Positions 33,007-40,151 of a DNA stretch of 40,151 nucleotides are shown here, in pieces. The translations under genes and the position numbers were made by a program. The notes under the pieces were generated by a model that was given only the letters and a program-made list of their open reading frames with translations, was not told the DNA's origin and did not search any database. How positions within the stretch are numbered: position 1 is the first letter of the stretch; every line of letters starts with the position of its first letter. Origin of the DNA: an uncultured Bacteriovoracaceae bacterium (GTDB lineage: Bacteria > Bdellovibrionota > UBA1018); contig CAYJTX010000001.1 of NCBI GenBank assembly GCA_964372615.1, positions 1 to 40,151 on the forward strand, in the 5' to 3' direction.

Positions 33007-33548
33007 CGCGCGAGCATCCCTTGAAGGACCGCCTTCGCGCTGCCCTCGGCGACATCACCCGAGAGCAGGTCGACGCGATCGTCAACGCCGCGAACACCAC
33101 CCTGCTCGGGGGCGGGGGCGTGGACGGCGCCATCCACCGGGCGGCGGGCCCCGAGCTGCTCGCCGAGTGCCGCACGCTCGGGGGCTGCCCGACCGGGGAG
33201 GCACGCGCCACTTCTGGATACCGCCTGAGCACCCGCTGGGTCATTCACACCGCTGGGCCAGTCTGGTCGGGCGGCCGCCGCGACGAGGCCGCGCTGCTCG
33301 CCTCCTGCTACCGCAGCTCGCTCGAGGCGGCCGTCGCGAAGGGCGCCCGCTCCGTCGCGTTCCCGTCGATCAGCACCGGCGCGTACCGCTTTCCCGTCGA
33401 GCTCGCGGCGCCGATCGCGGTCGAGACCGTGGGAGCGTTCCTCCTCAATCAGGCGCCGATCGAGCTCGTGAAGTTCGTCTGCTTCGACTCCGACACCCTT
33501 TTTCATTATGAGCGGGCCCTGAAAGAGCTGCTGACGCGTCGAACCTGA
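33003..33548 (+). CDS. Macro-domain protein (O-acetyl-ADP-ribose deacetylase / ADP-ribose-binding, YmdB-like)
   Basis: The GTG start is at 33003. The motifs are GDITREQVDAIVNAANTTLLGGGGVDGAIHRAAG, ...WVIHTAGPVW... and ...SVAFPSISTGAYRFP. Confidence 0.85.
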   Translation: MTREHPLKDRLRAALGDITREQVDAIVNAANTTLLGGGGVDGAIHRAAGPELLAECRTLGGCPTGEARATSGYRLSTRWVIHTAGPVWSGGRRDEAALLASCYRSSLEAAVAKGARSVAFPSISTGAYRFPVELAAPIAVETVGAFLLNQAPIELVKFVCFDSDTLFHYERALKELLTRRT

Positions 33549-33610
33549 GTGTCTCAGCTGACACATTCCCAGGACCGTCCAGGCCACGTATTCTGACGGA
33601 TACTCAGTTC

Positions 33611-34750
33611 ATGAGGCGGACTTGTGTTCCCGGAAGCGCCTTTTCAAAGGCTCTGCTGTCGCTATCGGCGCTCGCGCTGCTGGCCCTTCCATCGACGGGG
33701 GAGGCCGGCTGCCGATGTGAGGGCGAGATTTCGATCACGTTATTCCTCGACAACGCGGCCTGCGAGCGGAACTGCCGGGACCGCAGCCGGAGCGTCGCGG
33801 ACTGGCCCGATCCCACAAACGCCCTGGGGCGCGCGCTTGAGGCGCCAGGCGGCATGCTGGGCGCAACGAAAGGGACGACCGTCCCACCGACGACGGCGGG
33901 AGGAACCTGTCCGACCCCAGCCCCCCCGACTCCGCTCTTCCGGGAACGGGTCACTGTCGGAGGGGTGCCTTTCACGATCCGCGGCACCCGGGCGAAGATC
34001 GACTCGTTCAAGGCGCTGCTCGAGAGGTTTCGCTCCGACTGCCTCGGAAAGACGATATGGAAATCACTCGCAGGGCGCTTCGGCGGCGGCGATTACGAAG
34101 ACGGAATGCAGGTCTTTCTGGACGGAGGATCCACCCACGCCGCTTGCCAGTCGAACCCGTCGGACCGCGACACGTTCAGCGGCGGGGCAGCCGGAGCGTA
34201 TGACGGATACGGCATGATGTACGACGCCTGGACCAGAACCTGTGAGTACACGTCAAGCGCCCTCTGGCTCCGGACCACCTCCGCCGACAGCCTGGACAGC
34301 CCGGACTCCATGGAGACCTTCGCCCACGAGCTGACCCATGCCTCCTACGACATGGAAGACGGCATGGGCCTCCGTGAGGGCGAGTACTGCGCGCACCTGG
34401 CCGGCTGGATGGTGGGAAGCCGCCTCGCACCTTTTCCACGGGCGCCTATGAGGCTGGAGCGGACGCTCTTCGGCCCACTGGTCGAAGAGGGTTCCTGCGG
34501 GATCGGATACTCCTGGCGGACCACGCTCAGCCGAATTCCCACGATCGAGGGGACGAACGGACGGCTCGAGACCTACCTGAGAAGCTGTGCGCGTTACCCG
34601 GCCGACGCGCTCTTCCCCTCGCGACACGACTCGGCCGCTTGCGGCGGGACAAACTCCTCCTGCTGCCCTTTCGAGCCGCAAACCGCCGACTGCCGAAGAG
34701 AGTGGACCTCCAGGGTTGTCACCTCCCCTCCCGCCGCAAGCACACCCTAA
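33611..34750 (+). CDS. Exported Cys-rich putative metalloprotease-like protein (HExxH)
   Basis: The signal peptide is MRRTCVPGSAFSKALLSLSALALLALPSTGEA. The motif is ETFAHELTHASYD. Many Cys residues are present. No family is recognised. Confidence 0.55.
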   Translation: MRRTCVPGSAFSKALLSLSALALLALPSTGEAGCRCEGEISITLFLDNAACERNCRDRSRSVADWPDPTNALGRALEAPGGMLGATKGTTVPPTTAGGTCPTPAPPTPLFRERVTVGGVPFTIRGTRAKIDSFKALLERFRSDCLGKTIWKSLAGRFGGGDYEDGMQVFLDGGSTHAACQSNPSDRDTFSGGAAGAYDGYGMMYDAWTRTCEYTSSALWLRTTSADSLDSPDSMETFAHELTHASYDMEDGMGLREGEYCAHLAGWMVGSRLAPFPRAPMRLERTLFGPLVEEGSCGIGYSWRTTLSRIPTIEGTNGRLETYLRSCARYPADALFPSRHDSAACGGTNSSCCPFEPQTADCRREWTSRVVTSPPAASTP

Positions 34751-34791
34751 CCTCTTGCGTAACCGAGCCCTCCCCTTCATCATCTGCAGAC

Positions 34792-35208
34792 ATGTCCGAA
34801 ACCATCTTCGCGAAGATCATCTCAGGACAGATCCCCTGCCACCGGGTGTACGAAGACGCGCACGTGCTCGCGTTCCTTGATGTCAACCCGCTGAGCGCTG
34901 GACACACGCTCGTCGTACCGAAGGAAGCGGCCGAGACCCTCGACCGCCTCTCCGACGACGCAGCCGCGGCCGTCGGGCGAGTCCTTCCCCGGATCTGCCG
35001 AGCCGTGATGCGAGCGACGAGCACGACAGCCTACAACGTGCTGATGAACAACGGGCAGGGGGCGCACCAGGCCGTGTTCCACGTGCATTTCCACATCATT
35101 CCCAAGCCCGACCCTGAGCACGGCCTCGGGATCCGCTGGCCGGCGGGCTCACTCGCGAATGACGAAGCCAAGGCCCTCGCGGAGCGGATCGCCGGGGAGC
35201 TCCGCTGA
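34792..35208 (+). CDS. HIT-family (histidine triad) nucleotide hydrolase/transferase
   Basis: The N-terminus is MSETIFAKIISGQIPCHRVYEDAHVLAFLDVNPLSAGHTLVVPK. The histidine triad is HVHFHIIP. Confidence 0.9.
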   Translation: MSETIFAKIISGQIPCHRVYEDAHVLAFLDVNPLSAGHTLVVPKEAAETLDRLSDDAAAAVGRVLPRICRAVMRATSTTAYNVLMNNGQGAHQAVFHVHFHIIPKPDPEHGLGIRWPAGSLANDEAKALAERIAGELR

Positions 35209-36456
35209 CTTCTCCTTCAGCGCGATCCAGCGGGAGAAGTACTCGGTGCTTCGCAGGGTCTGGTGCCAGAGGACCGCGCCGACGCGGTTTCGGGAGCGGA
35301 GCTCCTCGCGGTGAAGCAGGCGCCCGCGCAGGTCCGCGGCGATAGCGGGCAAAACCACTTTGGCGGAAAAATTCTGCCGGATCGTGCAAGTCCCCGCGTC
35401 GCTGGAGGCCTTCCAGGCAGCGGCGTCCTCGTGCAAACCCGCAGCGGCCCGGGAGAGGGCGGCTGGCTCGCAGGCCGAAACGCCGCCGGGCGTCTCAAGG
35501 CCGCACATGCCTTCGAAAGCGATCGGCGTCCCGACGACGGGGGTCCCCGCCCGCCAGGCGTCCGCCACCTTGCCCTTGATCCCGGCTCCGTACCGAAGCG
35601 GAGCGAGCGCGACCCGATACCGGGAGAGTGTCTGGACCGCATCGCGCGCGGGCCCCAGCACGCGAAAGCCGCTCGCCGGGTCATCTAATGCCATCAGCTC
35701 GCGAGGTGGGTACGCTCCGTAGACGTGCAGCTCCGCTTCGGGAAGCAGCCCGCGCAGGAGGGGCCAGATCTCTCTCCGAGTCCAAAGAACGGAATCGGTG
35801 TTCGGCGGATGCCGGAAGTTGCCGATCATGGCGAAGTGGCACCTGGCCTCGAACGGAGCCGCCGGCGCTGGCGGCTCGTACGCGAAAGGAAAGACCTCAA
35901 CCCGCTCCCCTGCAAGACCCAGCCGGTCCACAAGCAGATCCCGCTCGACCGGCGAAACCACCCACGCGAGGTCGGATCGATGGAGCGACGCGAGCTCCCG
36001 GTGCAGCACCTCGCCGGCGGCCTCCTCCCAGTTGAAATCCAGGGCCGAGACGCTCACGACCTCGAGGCCGCGCTCGACGCCCACCTCGCGCGCCCGCCGC
36101 AGGGAGGCGAAGTCGGACGTGGCGACGACCCGGAGCGCCTCGGGTCGCCCCTCGCGGACGCGCCAGCCGAAGCGCTCCTCGGAGATGAAGCGCTCGAAGA
36201 TGACGATGTCGGGAGCAAGCTCTTTCAGGAGCTCGTCGTATTCGTCGCGGTTGGGCAGAGCGCGCTCGCAGCGCACACTCCGCTCGCGCTCGAGCCTGAG
36301 CGCGGGCTCGCGGATCTCGCCCGGGGCGCTGCAGGTCACCTTCCAACCGTTCGACCGGCACGCGTCGACGATATTGAGCACATGCAGCCCCGCGGCTGAG
36401 GACTCCGGCTCTGGCCAGACGCAGCAGTGGACCAGGACGCGTATTGAATCCGCCAT
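35149..36456 (-). CDS. GT-B fold glycosyltransferase (GT1/GT4-like)
   Basis: The internal ATG at 36456 gives MADSIRVLVHCCVWP... The C-terminal GT-B signature is LAPLRYGAGIKGKVADAWRAGTPVVGTPIAFEGM. The 3' end overlaps the convergent HIT gene by 60 nt. Confidence 0.65.
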   Translation of the reverse strand: MADSIRVLVHCCVWPEPESSAAGLHVLNIVDACRSNGWKVTCSAPGEIREPALRLERERSVRCERALPNRDEYDELLKELAPDIVIFERFISEERFGWRVREGRPEALRVVATSDFASLRRAREVGVERGLEVVSVSALDFNWEEAAGEVLHRELASLHRSDLAWVVSPVERDLLVDRLGLAGERVEVFPFAYEPPAPAAPFEARCHFAMIGNFRHPPNTDSVLWTRREIWPLLRGLLPEAELHVYGAYPPRELMALDDPASGFRVLGPARDAVQTLSRYRVALAPLRYGAGIKGKVADAWRAGTPVVGTPIAFEGMCGLETPGGVSACEPAALSRAAAGLHEDAAAWKASSDAGTCTIRQNFSAKVVLPAIAADLRGRLLHREELRSRNRVGAVLWHQTLRSTEYFSRWIALKEKSAELPGDPLREGLGFVIRE

Positions 36457-36556
36457 TGCCTGGGGCTTACCGCGCGGCCGGTGGACCACGCAAGCTCGGG
36501 ATTCCCAATGCGCTCCACGACTTGCCTCGCCCCCGGAGCCACTGCAGACTTGAGAG

Positions 36557-37801
36557 ATGTCCTCCTTCGCCCTCCTCGCCGCGCTCATCGTGCTGGAGCT
36601 CCTGATCGGGACACTGATCGACGCGCAGCAGATTCGAGCGCTCGCCGGGGCTGTTCCCGAAAGACTTCGGCCCTGGATCAGCGAAGAGGCCGCCGCTCGC
36701 ACGCGCCGGTATCACGCCGAACGCTTTCGGCTCGTGACCCTGAACCGCTTCGTGCTCGCACCGGTCACGCTCGCCTTCGCCGGTCTGGGTGGCCTGGCCT
36801 GGATGGCCAGCGTGGCAAGCGCCTGGACCGAGAGCCCGCTCGCGCAAGGTCTCATCTTCTTCGCTCTCTGGGGCCTGCTTCGACTCGCGGTCAACCTTCC
36901 GTTTTCGGCCGCCTTCGTCTTCGGCCTCGAGGCGCGCTTCGGCTTCAACCGAACGACGCCCGCTACCTTCGCGCGGGATCTCGCGCTCGGGGTCGCGCTG
37001 GGCGCCGCGCTCGGTGGCGCCCTCCTGGCCGCGGTCCTGGCGCTCCTGGGAACAGGAAGCCCGTGGGCCTGGACCTGGGCATGGGCCGCGGTCACCGCGT
37101 TTCAGCTGGCCGTCACCTACGCCGCGCCGGCGTGGATCCTTCCGCTCTTCAACCGCTACGAGCCGCTGCAGCCGGGGCCGGTCAGGGAGCGCATCTCCGC
37201 CCTCGCCTCGCGCCTCGGCTTTCGCCTCGCTGGCACCTTTACAATGGACGGCTCCCGCCGCAGCACCAAGGCGAACGCGTTTTTCACGGGGTTCGGCTCG
37301 ACCCGCAAGCTCGTGCTCCTCGATACGCTTCTCGGAAGGCTCGAGGAGGACGAGGTCGTCGGAGTTTTCGCACACGAGGCCGGCCACTTCCGGCTCGGGC
37401 ACATCCTTCTGGGCACGGCGATTTCGATCGCCGGTACGGGCGCGGCGCTCGCGATCGCACAGGCCTTGCTGGGCCTGACGTGGTTGACGGAGGGCTTCGA
37501 CCTTCCGGCGGGCACCCTGCACGGGCCGCTCCTCGCGCTTTCGCTCCTCTCGAATCCGCTCGGCCGCTGGCTTTCCCTCGCCTCGACCGCCCTCTCCCGC
37601 ACCTTCGAACGGCAAGCCGACGCCTACGCCGCCCGTGCGACGGGCGACCCCGAGGCGCTCGCGCGGGGGCTGCTCAAGCTCAACGTCGATCACCTCGCGC
37701 ACTGGGCTCCCACGCGCCTCAAGGTCCTCTTCGACTACACCCACCCGCCGGTGCTCGAGCGCGTCGAGGCCCTCACCAGGAAATCGGCTTCCGATCCCTG
37801 A
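36557..37801 (+). CDS. M48-family (Ste24/HtpX-like) integral-membrane zinc metalloprotease
   Basis: There are multiple N-terminal TM helices. The motifs are the HExxH VFAHEAGHFRLGH and the downstream ...ERQADAYA... Confidence 0.8.
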   Translation: MSSFALLAALIVLELLIGTLIDAQQIRALAGAVPERLRPWISEEAAARTRRYHAERFRLVTLNRFVLAPVTLAFAGLGGLAWMASVASAWTESPLAQGLIFFALWGLLRLAVNLPFSAAFVFGLEARFGFNRTTPATFARDLALGVALGAALGGALLAAVLALLGTGSPWAWTWAWAAVTAFQLAVTYAAPAWILPLFNRYEPLQPGPVRERISALASRLGFRLAGTFTMDGSRRSTKANAFFTGFGSTRKLVLLDTLLGRLEEDEVVGVFAHEAGHFRLGHILLGTAISIAGTGAALAIAQALLGLTWLTEGFDLPAGTLHGPLLALSLLSNPLGRWLSLASTALSRTFERQADAYAARATGDPEALARGLLKLNVDHLAHWAPTRLKVLFDYTHPPVLERVEALTRKSASDP

Positions 37802-38504
37802 AGAAACCCCCGGTAGGGCCACCCTCCGGAAGCGTCGCGAGCCAGACGATCGTGTCGGCCCCCTCTTCGATGGACCGCTCGGCGCCCGGCCCGCCCATGT
37901 CCGTCTTCACCCAGCCCGGACAAACCGAGTTCACGAGCACGTTCTCACCCTCGGTCTCGTCAGCGAAGATCCGCGTCACCGCGTTCAGGGCCGCCTTCGA
38001 AAGCCGGTAGGCGGGGTAGCTCCCGTTCATCTCGGTGAGCTGCCCCATGCCGCTCGAAACGTTCACGACCCGCCCGTAACGCCTCTTTCTCATCGCCGGG
38101 ATGAGCCTCTGGCTGAGTCCGTAGGCGCCGTAGGTATTCGACTCCAGAGTCACTCGAATCACGTCGATCGGGATCTCGAACGCAGAGGGCGATCGCCCCC
38201 CCCGGTCCTGGGAGGCTTCGAGAAAAACTCCCGCGTTGTTCACGAGCACGTCGGCGCCGCCGAATTTCTCCTCCACGAAGCGGGCGAGCTCGGCCCCCCG
38301 AGCGAAGTCCGTCACGTCGAGCGCGAAGGGGACCGGCTTCGGGCCCCCCGCCGGTACCGCGGCCTCGAGCCACCGGGCGACTTCGGCCGCCTTCGCCTCG
38401 TCCCGCGCGCAGGCCACGACGCGCAGGCCCTTCGCTACGAGCGAGCGCGCGACCTCGCGGCCGATTCCCCGGTTCGTTCCCGTCACCACCGCTGTACGTA
38501 TCAT
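37773..38504 (-). CDS. Short-chain dehydrogenase/reductase (SDR) family oxidoreductase
   Basis: The cofactor motif is AVVTGTNRGIGREVA (TGxxxGIG). NNAG and the catalytic YRLSK (YxxxK) are also present. Confidence 0.9.
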   Translation of the reverse strand: MIRTAVVTGTNRGIGREVARSLVAKGLRVVACARDEAKAAEVARWLEAAVPAGGPKPVPFALDVTDFARGAELARFVEEKFGGADVLVNNAGVFLEASQDRGGRSPSAFEIPIDVIRVTLESNTYGAYGLSQRLIPAMRKRRYGRVVNVSSGMGQLTEMNGSYPAYRLSKAALNAVTRIFADETEGENVLVNSVCPGWVKTDMGGPGAERSIEEGADTIVWLATLPEGGPTGGFFRDRKPISW

Positions 38505-38567
38505 TGCGAGGGCCCCCTTCGAGGCCCCGAGTCTAGCGGAAGTCCTCGAGGCCGCGAAGCCGGATTC

Positions 38568-38583
38568 ACTCCGACGTCGGAGT
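38568..38583. repeat. Perfect 16-bp palindrome in an intergenic spacer
   Basis: ACTCCGACGTCGGAGT lies between the stop at 38588 and the SDR start at 38504. It could be a hairpin terminator or an operator. Confidence 0.4.
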
Positions 38584-38587
38584 CGGG

Positions 38588-39160
38588 TCAGAGCGCGACC
38601 CGGGAGGATGAGCCCTCAGCGCCATCCGCGCGTCCGTCGAGAGAAAGCTCCCGGCGCTCCTTCTCGGCTCGACCGCTCACCGAAAGCCTGCCCAGGATTG
38701 CGAGCTGCTCAGGCGCCGCCTCGAGACCCATCCGGCTTCCGAAGGAGCGCTTGAGGTCCGCCACGGTGGGCCGCGCCTGCGCACGTACGCAGGTAACCGA
38801 GCGCACCGTGAAGTCGTCCACGCCGAAGCGGACGCCCTGGTATCCATCCACCTGAGAGAATCGAACTCTCGCAATCGCGAGGGACCGAGGTTGGAGCACC
38901 CTGCCCTCTTCGTCCGCCTGGAGAATCACGAGCCGGCAGCTCACCCGATCCGGCGCGGCCAATCCGCTCTCGTCGACCGATCCCTTCACGAAGGTGACCG
39001 AAGTAGCGCCTAGGGGAAGATAGATGGGTTCGCGGATGACGAGGGTACTTCCGCTGAGAATCTCATTGAGGGGCATCTCGTCGGGCACTGCCACCGCCCA
39101 GGAGAAGGCGGGCGCCAGCAGGACGAGGACAGCTGCGAGGGGCGAGAGTTTTCGATTCAT
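38588..39160 (-). CDS. Exported hypothetical protein (190 aa)
   Basis: The ATG at 39160 is preceded by GGGAGG. The signal peptide is MNRKLSPLAAVLVLLAPAFSWA. Confidence 0.6.
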   Translation of the reverse strand: MNRKLSPLAAVLVLLAPAFSWAVAVPDEMPLNEILSGSTLVIREPIYLPLGATSVTFVKGSVDESGLAAPDRVSCRLVILQADEEGRVLQPRSLAIARVRFSQVDGYQGVRFGVDDFTVRSVTCVRAQARPTVADLKRSFGSRMGLEAAPEQLAILGRLSVSGRAEKERRELSLDGRADGAEGSSSRVAL

Positions 39161-39440
39161 GGGGCCTCCCTGAAAATTCTGAGTGCGATGCCACCCTGAA
39201 TTGCAGGAGCGATGCCTAGAAGACGCTCCAGGTGACGCGAACGGCGTCACCATATATCCTTGTAATCAAATGACTTTACTGGACACATCGACCCGATGGA
39301 CTCGAAAACGGTGTTCGAAGGCACGGACCGGTCAACTACCGGAAACTGTCCACCGGCTAGAAGTTGGCGTGAAGACGACGCTCGAGTACTCGACGCCCGA
39401 AGGGACGAAGAAGATGGGCACGGCCCGCGGCAGGTGCCAA

Positions 39441-39522
39441 GAAGCCGAAATCCACAATCCGTGCACTTGACGGGGTACCGGGGCCTCGGTCGGATCCGAA
39501 GTCCACGCATCGTGGACTTGGC
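39441..39522. repeat. REPIN-like doublet, copy L3
   Basis: The palindromes are AAATCCAC-aatcc-GTGCACTT (39448-39468) and AAGTCCAC-gcatc-GTGGACTT (39499-39519), 51 bp apart. The unit is about 83% identical to L1 over 82 bp. It ends 3 nt from the stop codon of the gene at 39525. Confidence 0.85.
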
Positions 39523-39524
39523 GA

Positions 39525-39959
39525 TCAGGCTTTCAAGTTCATTGCGATGTCGTGACGGGCTTTCGCGGCATTCGAAAGGCTCCGGAAGCTCTGCGACTGC
39601 AGCTGCACCGCCTGCTGAAGAGCCAGGAACTGCATGTTCATCGCGGCCATCCGCTGCAGAGCCAGCTCGGCGGTTTCGACATCGACGATGCCTTCGCTGA
39701 GCGCCGCGCGGGCCGGCGCAAGAAGATTGCTCTCGTGGATCAGCAGGCTGGTGAAGTCGTCGAGAAACCGGCGCTCCGACCCGGTCGCGTTCGCGCGCAG
39801 GGCCTCGGCCTCCGCGAAGAGCGCCTTGGACTGATTGTCGAACTCGGCCAGATCCGCGGTCAAGCTCTGGGTCTGGACCCTTCCGAGCGGGGGGCGCTCA
39901 AGGCCGGCCATGACATGTACTTTCGAGACGACGCTGGCCTGGGTGGGCTTGGAAGAGAT
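39525..39959 (-). CDS. Hypothetical helical, Gln-rich protein
   Basis: The ORF is open to 40061. I prefer the GTG at 39959, which overlaps the stop of the upstream partial ORF (GTGA), matching the coupling style seen elsewhere in the window. ATG 39911 is an alternative start. Confidence 0.45.
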   Translation of the reverse strand: MSSKPTQASVVSKVHVMAGLERPPLGRVQTQSLTADLAEFDNQSKALFAEAEALRANATGSERRFLDDFTSLLIHESNLLAPARAALSEGIVDVETAELALQRMAAMNMQFLALQQAVQLQSQSFRSLSNAAKARHDIAMNLKA

Positions 39960-40150
39960 CACAAGAACTCCGATCCGAAAACGCCGCTCGGCCGTGAACG
40001 AAGCGACGGCTGAGCCCGTTCCGGAAGCCTCGGCCAGCGTACTTCCGTGGCTGGGTCCCACGCTATTTCGTCGAGCTCCAGCTTCTCGCGAAGCAGGACG
40101 AGCCTGCGCACGACGGCGGGCGCGAGCTTCTCGTCGGACTTACCGCGGTA
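39959..40150 (-). CDS. 3' end of an unknown gene running off the window
   Basis: The frame is open from the window edge (YRGKSDEKLAPAVVRRLVLLREKLELDEIA...) with good GC3, and the TGA stop is at 39961-39959. It is absent from the ORF track because its start lies outside the window. Confidence 0.4.
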   Translation of the reverse strand, partial: YRGKSDEKLAPAVVRRLVLLREKLELDEIAWDPATEVRWPRLPERAQPSLRSRPSGVFGSEFL

Positions 40151-40151
40151 G

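Noticed and set aside
32758-33548. A DarT-DarG-like toxin-antitoxin reading of the small ORF plus macro-domain pair.
   Set aside because: The upstream ORF is only 82 aa, with no ADP-ribosyltransferase features. The macro protein looks like the common stand-alone YmdB-type enzyme, not the two-domain DarG.
39525-39959. The C-terminal Gln-rich helix (…MNMQFLALQQAVQLQSQSFRSLSNAAKARHDIAMNLKA) is reminiscent of type III secretion needle/rod or flagellar-type helical subunits.
   Set aside because: This is only a compositional impression. No other secretion or flagellar genes are in the window, and I cannot align it to a specific family from memory.
1-40151. CRISPR arrays, tRNA or rRNA genes, and integrase or phage blocks.
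   Set aside because: No regularly spaced direct repeats with unique spacers were seen. The only spaced repeats are the REP doublets, 2 per locus at a fixed 51 bp. No intergenic stretch has a tRNA-like cloverleaf or rRNA-like sequence. No integrase, recombinase or phage structural gene is recognisable.

Overview
High-GC bacterial chromosomal segment (roughly two-thirds G+C by eye). It looks like the end of a short-read, possibly metagenomic, contig, because bases 1-37 are Illumina adapter. I can support about 45 protein-coding genes. I saw no rRNA, tRNA or CRISPR array. Housekeeping genes: a stand-alone EF-G (fusA-like), oligoribonuclease (orn), dCMP deaminase, lipoprotein aminopeptidase N (pepN), a three-gene sdhC-A-B succinate dehydrogenase operon, exonuclease III (xth), a thioredoxin-like protein, a macro-domain protein, a HIT protein, a GT-B glycosyltransferase, an M48 peptidase and an SDR oxidoreductase. 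Many neighbouring genes are coupled by ATGA/GTGA start-stop overlaps (5771, 6184, 11127, 14762-14765, 33003, probably 39959). Between these lie many exported or lipoprotein hypotheticals: beta-helix, two Cys-rich HExxH proteins, a Gly-rich collagen-like protein, a LamG lipoprotein, beta-barrels, an RCC1 propeller and a large amidohydrolase. This content resembles Bdellovibrionota/Myxococcota-type genomes, but that taxonomy is only a guess. Main observations: (1) A RAYT-type HUH tyrosine transposase (9107-9919) directly abuts a REPIN-like doublet of 21-nt palindromes (consensus AAGTCCAC-N5-GTGGACTT). The same doublet, with an identical 51-bp register, recurs at 31274-31345 and 39441-39522. (2) An exported 685-aa protein is built from two tandem uracil-DNA-glycosylase-superfamily domains (22885-24942). 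It is divergently paired with an exported amidohydrolase across an intergenic region holding a 10-bp inverted repeat. (3) There are three reading-frame anomalies: STAS|TGA|PAS in one frame, a frameshifted PaaI-like thioesterase, and a gene with no stop before a thioredoxin-like gene. Together with the adapter, these argue for checking the assembly before any biological reading. All functions are inferred from motifs read in the translations. No database search was possible.
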